Below, piece by piece: positions 16,116 through 34,024 of a DNA stretch of 64,000 nucleotides. The first letter of the stretch is position 1; each line of letters starts with the position of its first letter. The notes under the pieces were generated by a model. The model worked only from the letters and a program-made list of their open reading frames with translations, searched no databases and was not told where the DNA came from. The position numbers and the translations under genes were made by a program. The stretch comes from the human T2T-CHM13v2.0 reference genome, Homo sapiens: NCBI RefSeq assembly GCF_009914755.1, contig NC_060925.1; one strand, written 5' to 3'.

Positions 16116-17913
16116 GCTGAAGGAGGCGCCTGGCTGCCCCAAGAGCCCAGCCCGGCCCGGCCGTGCCCGCCGGATTGCAGCCGACACCGCCAGCCCGGGG
16201 CCGCGGGGCTCGGATCGGGGACCCCCGAGCCGCTGGCCCGCGGCCTTCCCCCGGCTCCCGCGCTCCCGAGCTTCCACCACATCGGGCCCGCTCGGAGCAG
16301 GGAGTGCTCCGAGGCGTCAGGGCCCAGGGCCCACGATCCTGGGACGCCCTCCGGTCCTCCGCCCTGTCGCGGAGGCAGCGTTTTGGATCCCTCGCCGCAC
16401 AGGGGCTCCTGCGAGGCCCCCTCTTGCCCCACCCACCCAGAGCCGTCAGGGCTGGCCGAAGGCGAACAGCCGGCCCAGCCTCGCGGGGCCTTTCTCTCAC
16501 AACGCCCCCACCACGGTCGCTTGTCCCGACCAAGACCCGGCCGGGGGGGCAAGAGGGCGTGGGGTGTAGCGGGTCGGGGGGTGGCCCTGTTTTGCCCCGG
16601 GCTGGCACTAGAGGCGGCGGCCTGATCTCGGGTGAGAGGGCCTGAGAGAAACCCAGACACACCCCACCGCCACCAGGAGCAAATCCACTCCCCCACACAC
16701 AGACACACCCGGGCGCGCTCGCACGCGCGCGCGCGGACACACACACACACACCCACACACAGACACACACGCACACACGCACGCGCACACGCACGCACAC
16801 ACACACGCGGCTTGAAGGAGAGCAAGGACGAGATGGATCGAGAGATAGAGACCGAGGGAGGGAGAGAGACAGCGATCGAGAGAGACAGGGGAGGGCGAGA
16901 GGGAAGGAGACAGACAGAGAGGCTGAGAAAGAGAGAGGCACAGAGAAAGAGAGAGAGAGAGACAGAGAGACAGAGGGAAAACGACAGAAGTAGCGCGAGG
17001 TCCAGGGGGAAACCCAGAAGAGAGAGGCGGAGGGAGCTAGAGAGCGAGAGCGATAGAGCCTTAGAGAGGAAGCGCCCGGCTCCGTTAGGCAGCGCCCTCT
17101 TGAGCAGGCCGGGATAGGGTGGAGGGGGCTTGGGCTGCGCCCAGAACACGGGGGCCAGGCGGTCCGTGCGAGAGGACCAACGGAGCGCTGAGGCGGGCGT
17201 TTTCTTGGATGAATTGCTTGCTTTGGAGGTGGGTTTCGTAGGCTCCTGCCTTTCTTGGCACCTCCCTGTGCTCTGGGTGCCTTGCGGCGGGCCCCGAGAT
17301 TTGCAGAGCGCGCCCGCCCGTTTGGCGGGAGCCGTGGCACCGGGCGGGCCCGGAGGCCTGGGTCTCTGGCGAGTCCTCGGGACTGGAGTCGTCGACACGA
17401 AGCGGGGGGCATTGGGAATCCCGGGTGCACAGGGCCTGCTTTCCCGGTGGCTGGCGAAGCAATGTCCTTCCCCCGGGTAAAGCAGCCCATGCGTTCCGGA
17501 GCCGACGTCTTGGCTGGCGTCTGTGGCACCCGCTGCCCCTGCCCGCCCCTTCCCCCGGTTTGGAAGGGTGCGACGACGGCGCCCGATGGGTGAATTGAAT
17601 CTCCTGGGCGTTCCGGGAGCGGGAAGGCACCGCGAACGGCAGGGAACCCAGCGGCTGCGCCTTTGGGGCCCGGCCCCCTGCCCTCCCAGGCTGGAGCCGG
17701 GCTCCTGGCGGGGCGGCGGCGAGGCGGAAGCGGTGGGATGCTGCTGCCCGGCCGGCGTGCAGTAGGGGCGGACCCCCAGCAGGAGGACCCCGGCTGCGGC
17801 TGCGGCGGGGGTGTAGGTGGGCGGTAAAGGGGGAGCAGAGTCAGGGGAGGTTGGGAAGCATGGCGATTGTGGGGGGAAGGGAGGCAGCGGGGAAGCCACA
17901 AAAGCCTACAGCA

Positions 17914-18354
<441 letters not shown>

Positions 18355-20153
18355 GCTGAAGGAGGCGCCTGGCTGCCCCAAGAGCCCAGCCCGGCCCGGC
18401 CGTGCCCGCCGGATTGCAGCCGACACCGCCAGCCCGGGGCCGCGGGGCTCGGATCGGGGACCCCCGAGCCGCTGGCCCGCGGCCTTCCCCCGGCTCCCGC
18501 GCTCCCGAGCTTCCACCACATCGGGCCCGCTCGGAGCAGGGAGTGCTCCGAGGCGTCAGGGCCCAGGGCCCACGATCCTGGGACGCCCTCCGGTCCTCCG
18601 CCCTGTCGCGGAGGCAGCGTTTTGGATCCCTCGCCGCACAGGGGCTCCTGCGAGGCCCCCTCTTGCCCCACCCACCCAGAGCCGTCAGGGCTGGCCGAAG
18701 GCGAACAGCCGGCCCAGCCGCGCGGGGCCTTTCTCTCACAACGCCCCCACCACGGTCGCTTGTCCCGACCAAGACCCGGCCGGGGGGGCAAGAGGGCGTG
18801 GGGTGTAGCGGGTCGGGGGGTGGCCCTGTTTTGCCCCGGGCTGGCACTAGAGGCGGCGGCCTGATCTCGGGTGAGAGGGCCTGAGAGAAACCCAGACACA
18901 CCCCACCGCCACCAGGAGCAAATCCACTCCCCCACACACAGACACACCCGGGCGCGCTCGCACGCGCGCGCGCGGACACACACACACACACCCACACACA
19001 GACACACACGCACACACGCACGCGCACACGCACGCACACACACACGCGGCTTGAAGGAGAGCAAGGACGAGATGGATCGAGAGATAGAGACCGAGGGAGG
19101 GAGAGAGACAGCGATCGAGAGAGACAGGGGAGGGCGAGAGGGAAGGAGACAGACAGAGAGGCTGAGAAAGAGAGAGGCACAGAGAAAGAGAGAGAGAGAG
19201 ACAGAGAGACAGAGGGAAAACGACAGAAGTAGCGCGAGGTCCAGGGGGAAACCCAGAAGAGAGAGGCGGAGGGAGCTAGAGAGCGAGAGCGATAGAGCCT
19301 TAGAGAGGAAGCGCCCGGCTCCGTTAGGCAGCGCCCTCTTGAGCAGGCCGGGATAGGGTGGAGGGGGCTTGGGCTGCGCCCAGAACACGGGGGCCAGGCG
19401 GTCCGTGCGAGAGGACCAACGGAGCGCTGAGGCGGGCGTTTTCTTGGATGAATTGCTTGCTTTGGAGGTGGGTTTCGTAGGCTCCTGCCTTTCTTGGCAC
19501 CTCCCTGTGCTCTGGGTGCCTTGCGGCGGGCCCCGAGATTTGCAGAGCACGCCCGCCCGTTTGGCGGGAGCCGTGGCACCGGGCGGGCCCGGAGGCCTGG
19601 GTCTCTGGCGAGTCCTCGGGACTGGAGTCGTCGACACGAAGCGGGGGGCATTGGGAATCCCGGGTGCACAGGGCCTGCTTTCCCGGTGGCTGGCGAAGCA
19701 ATGTCCTTCCCCCGGGTAAAGCAGCCCATGCGTTCCGGAGCCGACGTCTTGGCTGGCGTCTGTGGCACCCGCTGCCCCTGCCCGCCCCTTCCCCCGGTTT
19801 GGAAGGGTGCGACGACGGCGCCCGATGGGTGAATTGAATCGCCTGGGCGTTCCGGGAGCGGGAAGGCACCGCGAACGGCAGGGAACCCAGCGGCTGCGCC
19901 TTTGGGGCCCGGGCCCCTGCCCTCCCAGGCTGGAGCCGGGCTCCTGGCGGGGCGGCGGCGAGGCGGAAGCGGTGGGATGCTGCTGCCCGGCCGGCGTGCA
20001 GTAGGGGCGGACCCCCAGCAGGAGGACCCCGGCTGCGGGCTGCGGCGGGGGTGTAGGTGGGCGGTAAAGGGGGAGCAGAGTCAGGGGAGGTTGGGAAGCA
20101 TGGCGATTGTGGGGGGAAGGGAGGCAGCGGGGAAGCCACAAAAGCCTACAGCA

Positions 20154-20594
<441 letters not shown>

Positions 20595-22384
20595 GCTGAA
20601 GGAGGCGCCTGGCTGCCCCAAGAGCCCAGCCCGGCCCGGCCGTGCCCGCCGGATTGCAGCCGACACCGCCAGCCCGGGGCCGCGGGGCTCGGATCGGGGC
20701 CCCCCGAGCCGCTGGCCCGCGGCCTTCCCCCGGCTCCCGCGCTCCCGAGCTTCCACCACATCGGGCCCGCTCGGAGCAGGGAGTGCTCCGAGGCGTCAGG
20801 GCCCAGGGCCCACGATCCTGGGACGCCCTCCGGTCCTCCGCCCTGTCGCGGAGGCAGCGTTTTGGATCCCTCGCCGCACAGGGGCTCCTGCGAGGCCCCC
20901 TCTTGCCCCACCCACCCAGAGCCGTCAGGGCTGGCCGAAGGCGAACAGCCGGCCCAGCCGCGCGGGGCCTTTCTCTCACAACGCCCCCACCACGGTCGCT
21001 TGTCCCGACCAAGACCCGGCCGGGGGGGCAAGAGGGCGTGGGGTGTAGCGGGTCGGGGGGTGGCCCTGTTTTGCCCCGGGCTGGCACTAGAGGCGGCGGC
21101 CTGATCTCGGGTGAGAGGGCCTGAGAGAAACCCAGACACACCCCACCGCCACCAGGAGCAAATCCACTCCCCCACACACAGACACACCCGGGCGCGCTCG
21201 CACGCGCGCGCGCGGACACACACACACACACAGACACACACGCACACACGCACGCGCACACGCACGCACACACACACGCGGCTTGAAGGAGAGCAAGGAC
21301 GAGATGGATCGAGAGATAGAGACCGAGGGAGGGAGAGAGACAGCGATCGAGAGAGACAGGGGAGGGCGAGAGGGAAGGAGACAGACAGAGAGGCTGAGAA
21401 AGAGAGAGGCACAGAGAAAGAGAGAGAGAGAGACAGAGAGACAGAGGGAAAACGACAGAAGTAGCGCGAGGTCCAGGGGGAAACCCAGAAGAGAGAGGCG
21501 GAGGGAGCTAGAGAGTGAGAGCGATAGAGCCTTAGAGAGGAAGCGCCCGGCTCCGTTAGGCAGCGCCCTCTTGAGCAGGCCGGGATAGGGTGGAGGGGGC
21601 TTGGGCTGCGCCCAGAACACGGGGGCCAGGCGGTCCGTGCGAGAGGACCAACGGAGCGCTGAGGCGGGCGTTTTCTTGGATGAATTGCTTGCTTTGGAGG
21701 TGGGTTTCGTAGGCTCCTGCCTTTCTTGGCACCTCCCTGTGCTCTGGGTGCCTTGCGGCGGGCCCCGAGATTTGCAGAGCGCGCCCGCCCGTTTGGCGGG
21801 AGCCGTGGCACCGGGCAGGCCCGGAGGCCTGGGTCTCTGGCGAGTCCTCGGGACTGGAGTCGTCGACACGAAGCGGGGGGCATTGGGAATCCCGGGTGCA
21901 CAGGGCCTGCTTTCCCGGTGGCTGGCGAAGCAATGTCCTTCCCCCGGGTAAAGCAGCCCATGCGTTCCGGAGCCGACGTCTTGGCTGGCGTCTGTGGCAC
22001 CCGCTGCCCCTGCCCGCCCCTTCCCCCGGTTTGGAAGGGTGCGACGACGGCGCCCGATGGGTGAATTGAATCTCCTGGGCGTTCCGGGAGCGGGAAGGCA
22101 CCGCGAACGGCAGGGAACCCAGCGGCTGCGCCTTTGGGGCCCGGCCCCCTGCCCTCCCAGGCTGGAGCCGGGCTCCTGGCGGGGCGGCGGCGAGGCGGAA
22201 GCGGTGGGATGCTGCTGCCCGGCCGGCGTGCAGTAGGGGCGGACCCCCAGCAGGAGGACCCCGGCTGCGGCTGCGGCGGGGGTGTAGGTGGGCGGTAAAG
22301 GGGGAGCAGAGTCAGGGGAGGTTGGGAAGCATGGCGATTGTGGGGGGAAGGGAGGCAGCGGGGAAGCCACAAAAGCCTACAGCA

Positions 22385-22825
<441 letters not shown>

Positions 22826-24623
22826 GCTGAAGGAGGCGCCTGGCTGCCCCAAGAGCCCAGCCCGGCCCGGCCGTGCCCGCCGGATTGCAGCCGACACCGC
22901 CAGCCCGGGGCCGCGGGGCTCGGATCGGGGACCCCCGAGCCGCTGGCCCGCGGCCTTCCCCCGGCTCCCGCGCTCCCGAGCTTCCACCACATCGGGCCCG
23001 CTCGGAGCAGGGAGTGCTCCGAGGCGTCAGGGCCCAGGGCCCACGATCCTGGGACGCCCTCCGGTCCTCCGCCCTGTCGCGGAGGCAGCGTTTTGGATCC
23101 CTCGCCGCACAGGGGCTCCTGCGAGGCCCCCTCTTGCCCCACCCACCCAGAGCCGTCAGGGCTGGCCGAAGGCGAACAGCCGGCCCAGCCGCGCGGGGCC
23201 TTTCTCTCACAACGCCCCCACCACGGTCGCTTGTCCCGACCAAGACCCGGCCGGGGGGGCAAGAGGGCGTGGGGTGTAGCGGGTCGGGGGGTGGCCCTGT
23301 TTTGCCCCGGGCTGGCACTAGAGGCGGCGGCCTGATCTCGGGTGAGAGGGCCTGAGAGAAACCCAGACACACCCCACCGCCACCAGGAGCAAATCCACTC
23401 CCCCACACACAGACACACCCGGGCGCGCTCGCACGCGCGCGCGCGGACACACACACACACACCCACACACAGACACACACGCACACACGCACGCGCACAC
23501 GCACGCACACACACACGCGGCTTGAAGGAGAGCAAGGACGAGATGGATCGAGAGATAGAGACCGAGGGAGGGAGAGAGACAGCGATCGAGAGAGACAGGG
23601 GAGGGCGAGAGGGAAGGAGACAGACAGAGAGGCTGAGAAAGAGAGAGGCACAGAGAAAGAGAGAGAGAGAGACAGAGAGACAGAGGGAAAACGACAGAAG
23701 TAGCGCGAGGTCCAGGGGGAAACCCAGAAGAGAGAGGCGGAGGGAGCTAGAGAGCGAGAGCGATAGAGCCTTAGAGAGGAAGCGCCCGGCTCCGTTAGGC
23801 AGCGCCCTCTTGAGCAGGCCGGGATAGGGTGGAGGGGGCTTGGGCTGCGCCCAGAACACGGGGGCCAGGCGGTCCGTGCGAGAGGACCAACGGAGCGCTG
23901 AGGCGGGCGTTTTCTTGGATGAATTGCTTGCTTTGGAGGTGGGTTTCGTAGGCTCCTGCCTTTCTTGGCACCTCCCTGTGCTCTGGGTGCCTTGCGGCGG
24001 GCCCCGAGATTTGCAGAGCGCGCCCGCCCGTTTGGCGGGAGCCGTGGCACCGGGCGGGCCCGGAGGCCTGGGTCTCTGGCGAGTCCTCGGGACTGGAGTC
24101 GTCGACACGAAGCGGGGGGCATTGGGAATCCCGGGTGCACAGGGCCTGCTTTCCCGGTGGCTGGCGAAGCAATGTCCTTCCCCCGGGTAAAGCAGCCCAT
24201 GCGTTCCGGAGCCGACGTCTTGGCTGGCGTCTGTGGCACCCGCTGCCCCTGCCCGCCCCTTCCCCCGGTTTGGAAGGGTGCGACGACGGCGCCCGATGGG
24301 TGAATTGAATCTCCTGGGCGTTCCGGGAGCGGGAAGGCACCGCGAACGGCAGGGAACCCAGCGGCTGCGCCTTTGGGGCCCGGCCCCCTGCCCTCCCAGG
24401 CTGGAGCCGGGCTCCTGGCGGGGCGGCGGCGAGGCGGAAGCGGTGGGATGCTGCTGCCCGGCCGGCGTGCAGTAGGGGCGGACCCCCAGCAGGAGGACCC
24501 CGGCTGCGGCTGCGGCGGGGGTGTAGGTGGGCGGTAAAGGGGGAGCAGAGTCAGGGGAGGTTGGGAAGCATGGCGATTGTGGGGGGAAGGGAGGCAGCGG
24601 GGAAGCCACAAAAGCCTACAGCA

Positions 24624-25064
<441 letters not shown>

Positions 25065-26863
25065 GCTGAAGGAGGCGCCTGGCTGCCCCAAGAGCCCAGC
25101 CCGGCCCGGCCGTGCCCGCCGGATTGCAGCCGACACCGCCAGCCCGGGGCCGCGGGGCTCGGATCGGGGACCCCCGAGCCGCTGGCCCGCGGCCTTCCCC
25201 CGGCTCCCGCGCTCCCGAGCTTCCACCACATCGGGCCCGCTCGGAGCAGGGAGTGCTCCGAGGCGTCAGGGCCCAGGGCCCACGATCCTGGGACGCCCTC
25301 CGGTCCTCCGCCCTGTCGCGGAGGCAGCGTTTTGGATCCCTCGCCGCACAGGGGCTCCTGCGAGGCCCCCTCTTGCCCCACCCACCCAGAGCCGTCAGGG
25401 CTGGCCGAAGGCGAACAGCCGGCCCAGCCGCGCGGGGCCTTTCTCTCACAACGCCCCCACCACGGTCGCTTGTCCCGACCAAGACCCGGCCGGGGGGGCA
25501 AGAGGGCGTGGGGTGTAGCGGGTCGGGGGGTGGCCCTGTTTTGCCCCGGGCTGGCACTAGAGGCGGCGGCCTGATCTCGGGTGAGAGGGCCTGAGAGAAA
25601 CCCAGACACACCCCACCGCCACCAGGAGCAAATCCACTCCCCCACACACAGACACACCCGGGCGCGCTCGCACGCGCGCGCGCGGACACACACACACACA
25701 CCCACACACAGACACACACGCACACACGCACGCGCACACGCACGCACACACACACGCGGCTTGAAGGAGAGCAAGGACGAGATGGATCGAGAGATAGAGA
25801 CCGAGGGAGGGAGAGAGACAGCGATCGAGAGAGACAGGGGAGGGCGAGAGGGAAGGAGACAGACAGAGAGGCTGAGAAAGAGAGAGGCACAGAGAAAGAG
25901 AGAGAGAGAGACAGAGAGACAGAGGGAAAACGACAGAAGTAGCGCGAGGTCCAGGGGGAAACCCAGAAGAGAGAGGCGGAGGGAGCTAGAGAGCGAGAGC
26001 GATAGAGCCTTAGAGAGGAAGCGCCCGGCTCCGTTAGGCAGCGCCCTCTTGAGCAGGCCGGGATAGGGTGGAGGGGGCTTGGGCTGCGCCCAGAACACGG
26101 GGGCCAGGCGGTCCGTGCGAGAGGACCAACGGAGCGCTGAGGCGGGCGTTTTCTTGGATGAATTGCTTGCTTTGGAGGTGGGTTTCGTAGGCTCCTGCCT
26201 TTCTTGGCACCTCCCTGTGCTCTGGGTGCCTTGCGGCGGGCCCCGAGATTTGCAGAGCGCGCCCGCCCGTTTGGCGGGAGCCGTGGCACCGGGCGGGCCC
26301 GGAGGCCTGGGTCTCTGGCGAGTCCTCGGGACTGGAGTCGTCGACACGAAGCGGGGGGCATTGGGAATCCCGGGTGCACAGGGCCTGCTTTCCCGGTGGC
26401 TGGCGAAGCAATGTCCTTCCCCCGGGTAAAGCAGCCCATGCGTTCCGGAGCCGACGTCTTGGCTGGCGTCTGTGGCACCCGCTGCCCCTGCCCGCCCCTT
26501 CCCCCGGTTTGGAAGGGTGCGACGACGGCGCCCGATGGGTGAATTGAATCGCCTGGGCGTTCCGGGAGCGGGAAGGCACCGCGAACGGCAGGGAACCCAG
26601 CGGCTGCGCCTTTGGGGCCCGGGCCCCTGCCCTCCCAGGCTGGAGCCGGGCTCCTGGCGGGGCGGCGGCGAGGCGGAAGCGGTGGGATGCTGCTGCCCGG
26701 CCGGCGTGCAGTAGGGGCGGACCCCCAGCAGGAGGACCGCGGCTGCGGGCTCCGGCGGGGGTGTAGGTGGGCGGTAAAGGGGGAGCAGAGTCAGGGGAGG
26801 TTGGGAAGCATGGCGATTGTGGGGGGAAGGGAGGCAGCGGGGAAGCCACAAAAGCCTACAGCA

Positions 26864-27304
<441 letters not shown>

Positions 27305-29103
27305 GCTGAAGGAGGCGCCTGGCTGCCCCAAGAGCCCAGCCCGGCCCGGCCGTGCCCGCCGGATTGCAGCCGACACCGCCAGCCCGGGGCCGCGGGGCTC
27401 GGATCGGGGACCCCCGAGCCGCTGGCCCGCGGCCTTCCCCCGGCTCCCGCGCTCCCGAGCTTCCACCACATCGGGCCCGCTCGGAGCAGGGAGTGCTCCG
27501 AGGAGTCAGGGCCCAGGGCCCACGATCCTGGGACGCCCTCCGGTCCTCCGCCCTGTCGCGGAGGCAGCGTTTTGGATCCCTCGCCGCACAGGGGCTCCTG
27601 CGAGGCCCCCTCTTGCCCCACCCACCCAGAGCCGTCAGGGCTGGCCGAAGGCGAACAGCCGGCCCAGCCTCGCGGGGCCTTTCTCTCACAACGCCCCCAC
27701 CACGGTCGCTTGTCCCGACCAAGACCCGGCCGGGGGGGCAAGAGGGCGTGGGGTGTAGCGGGTCGGGGGGTGGCCCTGTTTTGCCCCGGGCTGGCACTAG
27801 AGGCGGCGGCCTGATCTCGGGTGAGAGGGCCTGAGAGAAACCCAGACACACCCCACCGCCACCAGGAGCAAATCCACTCCCCCACACACAGACACACCCG
27901 GGCGCGCTCGCACGCGCGCGCGCGGACACACACACACACACCCACACACAGACACACACGCACACACGCACGCGCACACGCACGCACACACACACGCGGC
28001 TTGAAGGAGAGCAAGGACGAGATGGATCGAGAGATAGAGACCGAGGGAGGGAGAGAGACAGCGATCGAGAGAGACAGGGGAGGGCGAGAGGGAAGGAGAC
28101 AGACAGAGAGGCTGAGAAAGAGAGAGGCACAGAGAAAGAGAGAGAGAGAGACAGAGAGACAGAGGGAAAACGACAGAAGTAGCGCGAGGTCCAGGGGGAA
28201 ACCCAGAAGAGAGAGGCGGAGGGAGCTAGAGAGCGAGAGCGATAGAGCCTTAGAGAGGAAGCGCCCGGCTCCGTTAGGCAGCGCCCTCTTGAGCAGGCCG
28301 GGATAGGGTGGAGGGGGCTTGGGCTGCGCCCAGAACACGGGGGCCAGGCGGTCCGTGCGAGAGGACCAACGGAGCGCTGAGGCGGGCGTTTTCTTGGATG
28401 AATTGCTTGCTTTGGAGGTGGGTTTCGTAGGCTCCTGCCTTTCTTGGCACCTCCCTGTGCTCTGGGTGCCTTGCGGCGGGCCCCGAGATTTGCAGAGCGC
28501 GCCCGCCCGTTTGGCGGGAGCCGTGGCACCGGGCGGGCCCGGAGGCCTGGGTCTCTGGCGAGTCCTCGGGACTGGAGTCGTCGACACGAAGCGGGGGGCA
28601 TTGGGAATCCCGGGTGCACAGGGCCTGCTTTCCCGGTGGCTGGCGAAGCAATGTCCTTCCCCCGGGTAAAGCAGCCCATGCGTTCCGGAGCCGACGTCTT
28701 GGCTGGCGTCTGTGGCACCCGCTGCCCCTGCCCGCCCCTTCCCCCGGTTTGGAAGGGTGCGACGACGGCGCCCGATGGGTGAATTGAATCGCCTGGGCGT
28801 TCCGGGAGCGGGAAGGCACCGCGAACGGCAGGGAACCCAGCGGCTGCGCCTTTGGGGCCCGGGCCCCTGCCCTCCCAGGCTGGAGCCGGGCTCCTGGCGG
28901 GGCGGCGGCGAGGCGGAAGCGGTGGGATGCTGCTGCCCGGCCGGCGTGCAGTAGGGGCGGACCCCCAGCAGGAGGACCCCGGCTGCGGGCTGCGGCGGGG
29001 GTGTAGGTGGGCGGTAAAGGGGGAGCAGAGTCAGGGGAGGTTGGGAAGCATGGCGATTGTGGGGGGAAGGGAGGCAGCGGGGAAGCCACAAAAGCCTACA
29101 GCA

Positions 29104-29544
<441 letters not shown>

Positions 29545-31343
29545 GCTGAAGGAGGCGCCTGGCTGCCCCAAGAGCCCAGCCCGGCCCGGCCGTGCCCGCC
29601 GGATTGCAGCCGACACCGCCAGCCCGGGGCCGCGGGGCTCGGATCGGGGACCCCCGAGCCGCTGGCCCGCGGCCTTCCCCCGGCTCCCGCGCTCCCGAGC
29701 TTCCACCACATCGGGCCCGCTCGGAGCAGGGAGTGCTCCGAGGCGTCAGGGCCCAGGGCCCACGATCCTGGGACGCCCTCCGGTCCTCCGCCCTGTCGCG
29801 GAGGCAGCGTTTTGGATCCCTCGCCGCACAGGGGCTCCTGCGAGGCCCCCTCTTGCCCCACCCACCCAGAGCCGTCAGGGCTGGCCGAAGGCGAACAGCC
29901 GGCCCAGCCTCGCGGGGCCTTTCTCTCACAACGCCCCCACCACGGTCGCTTGTCCCGACCAAGACCCGGCCGGGGGGGCAAGAGGGCGTGGGGTGTAGCG
30001 GGTCGGGGGGTGGCCCTGTTTTGCCCCGGGCTGGCACTAGAGGCGGCGGCCTGATCTCGGGTGAGAGGGCCTGAGAGAAACCCAGACACACCCCACCGCC
30101 ACCAGGAGCAAATCCACTCCCCCACACACAGACACACCCGGGCGCGCTCGCACGCGCGCGCGCGGACACACACACACACACCCACACACAGACACACACG
30201 CACACACGCACGCGCACACGCACGCACACACACACGCGGCTTGAAGGAGAGCAAGGACGAGATGGATCGAGAGATAGAGACCGAGGGAGGGAGAGAGACA
30301 GCGATCGAGAGAGACAGGGGAGGGCGAGAGGGAAGGAGACAGACAGAGAGGCTGAGAAAGAGAGAGGCACAGAGAAAGAGAGAGAGAGAGACAGAGAGAC
30401 AGAGGGAAAACGACAGAAGTAGCGCGAGGTCCAGGGGGAAACCCAGAAGAGAGAGGCGGAGGGAGCTAGAGAGCGAGAGCGATAGAGCCTTAGAGAGGAA
30501 GCGCCCGGCTCCGTTAGGCAGCGCCCTCTTGAGCAGGCCGGGATAGGGTGGAGGGGGCTTGGGCTGCGCCCAGAACACGGGGGCCAGGCGGTCCGTGCGA
30601 GAGGACCAACGGAGCGCTGAGGCGGGCGTTTTCTTGGATGAATTGCTTGCTTTGGAGGTGGGTTTCGTAGGCTCCTGCCTTTCTTGGCACCTCCCTGTGC
30701 TCTGGGTGCCTTGCGGCGGGCCCCGAGATTTGCAGAGCGCGCCCGCCCGTTTGGCGGGAGCCGTGGCACCGGGCGGGCCCGGAGGCCTGGGTCTCTGGCG
30801 AGTCCTCGGGACTGGAGTCGTCGACACGAAGCGGGGGGCATTGGGAATCCCGGGTGCACAGGGCCTGCTTTCCCGGTGGCTGGCGAAGCAATGTCCTTCC
30901 CCCGGGTAAAGCAGCCCATGCGTTCCGGAGCCGACGTCTTGGCTGGCGTCTGTGGCACCCGCTGCCCCTGCCCGCCCCTTCCCCCGGTTTGGAAGGGTGC
31001 GACGACGGCGCCCGATGGGTGAATTGAATCGCCTGGGCGTTCCGGGAGCGGGAAGGCACCGCGAACGGCAGGGAACCCAGCGGCTGCGCCTTTGGGGCCC
31101 GGGCCCCTGCCCTCCCAGGCTGGAGCCGGGCTCCTGGCGGGGCGGCGGCGAGGCGGAAGCGGTGGGATGCTGCTGCCCGGCCGGCGTGCAGTAGGGGCGG
31201 ACCCCCAGCAGGAGGACCCCGGCTGCGGGCTGCGGCGGGGGTGTAGGTGGGCGGTAAAGGGGGAGCAGAGTCAGGGGAGGTTGGGAAGCATGGCGATTGT
31301 GGGGGGAAGGGAGGCAGCGGGGAAGCCACAAAAGCCTACAGCA

Positions 31344-31784
<441 letters not shown>

Positions 31785-33583
31785 GCTGAAGGAGGCGCCT
31801 GGCTGCCCCAAGAGCCCAGCCCGGCCCGGCCGTGCCCGCCGGATTGCAGCCGACACCGCCAGCCCGGGGCCGCGGGGCTCGGATCGGGGACCCCCGAGCC
31901 GCTGGCCCGCGGCCTTCCCCCGGCTCCCGCGCTCCCGAGCTTCCACCACATCGGGCCCGCTCGGAGCAGGGAGTGCTCCGAGGAGTCAGGGCCCAGGGCC
32001 CACGATCCTGGGACGCCCTCCGGTCCTCCGCCCTGTCGCGGAGGCAGCGTTTTGGATCCCTCGCCGCACAGGGGCTCCTGCGAGGCCCCCTCTTGCCCCA
32101 CCCACCCAGAGCCGTCAGGGCTGGCCGAAGGCGAACAGCCGGCCCAGCCTCGCGGGGCCTTTCTCTCACAACGCCCCCACCACGGTCGCTTGTCCCGACC
32201 AAGACCCGGCCGGGGGGGCAAGAGGGCGTGGGGTGTAGCGGGTCGGGGGGTGGCCCTGTTTTGCCCCGGGCTGGCACTAGAGGCGGCGGCCTGATCTCGG
32301 GTGAGAGGGCCTGAGAGAAACCCAGACACACCCCACCGCCACCAGGAGCAAATCCACTCCCCCACACACAGACACACCCGGGCGCGCTCGCACGCGCGCG
32401 CGCGGACACACACACACACACCCACACACAGACACACACGCACACACGCACGCGCACACGCACGCACACACACACGCGGCTTGAAGGAGAGCAAGGACGA
32501 GATGGATCGAGAGATAGAGACCGAGGGAGGGAGAGAGACAGCGATCGAGAGAGACAGGGGAGGGCGAGAGGGAAGGAGACAGACAGAGAGGCTGAGAAAG
32601 AGAGAGGCACAGAGAAAGAGAGAGAGAGAGACAGAGAGACAGAGGGAAAACGACAGAAGTAGCGCGAGGTCCAGGGGGAAACCCAGAAGAGAGAGGCGGA
32701 GGGAGCTAGAGAGCGAGAGCGATAGAGCCTTAGAGAGGAAGCGCCCGGCTCCGTTAGGCAGCGCCCTCTTGAGCAGGCCGGGATAGGGTGGAGGGGGCTT
32801 GGGCTGCGCCCAGAACACGGGGGCCAGGCGGTCCGTGCGAGAGGACCAACGGAGCGCTGAGGCGGGCGTTTTCTTGGATGAATTGCTTGCTTTGGAGGTG
32901 GGTTTCGTAGGCTCCTGCCTTTCTTGGCACCTCCCTGTGCTCTGGGTGCCTTGCGGCGGGCCCCGAGATTTGCAGAGCGCGCCCGCCCGTTTGGCGGGAG
33001 CCGTGGCACCGGGCGGGCCCGGAGGCCTGGGTCTCTGGCGAGTCCTCGGGACTGGAGTCGTCGACACGAAGCGGGGGGCATTGGGAATCCCGGGTGCACA
33101 GGGCCTGCTTTCCCGGTGGCTGGCGAAGCAATGTCCTTCCCCCGGGTAAAGCAGCCCATGCGTTCCGGAGCCGACGTCTTGGCTGGCGTCTGTGGCACCC
33201 GCTGCCCCTGCCCGCCCCTTCCCCCGGTTTGGAAGGGTGCGACGACGGCGCCCGATGGGTGAATTGAATCGCCTGGGCGTTCCGGGAGCGGGAAGGCACC
33301 GCGAACGGCAGGGAACCCAGCGGCTGCGCCTTTGGGGCCCGGGCCCCTGCCCTCCCAGGCTGGAGCCGGGCTCCTGGCGGGGCGGCGGCGAGGCGGAAGC
33401 GGTGGGATGCTGCTGCCCGGCCGGCGTGCAGTAGGGGCGGACCCCCAGCAGGAGGACCCCGGCTGCGGGCTGCGGCGGGGGTGTAGGTGGGCGGTAAAGG
33501 GGGAGCAGAGTCAGGGGAGGTTGGGAAGCATGGCGATTGTGGGGGGAAGGGAGGCAGCGGGGAAGCCACAAAAGCCTACAGCA

Positions 33584-34024
<441 letters not shown>
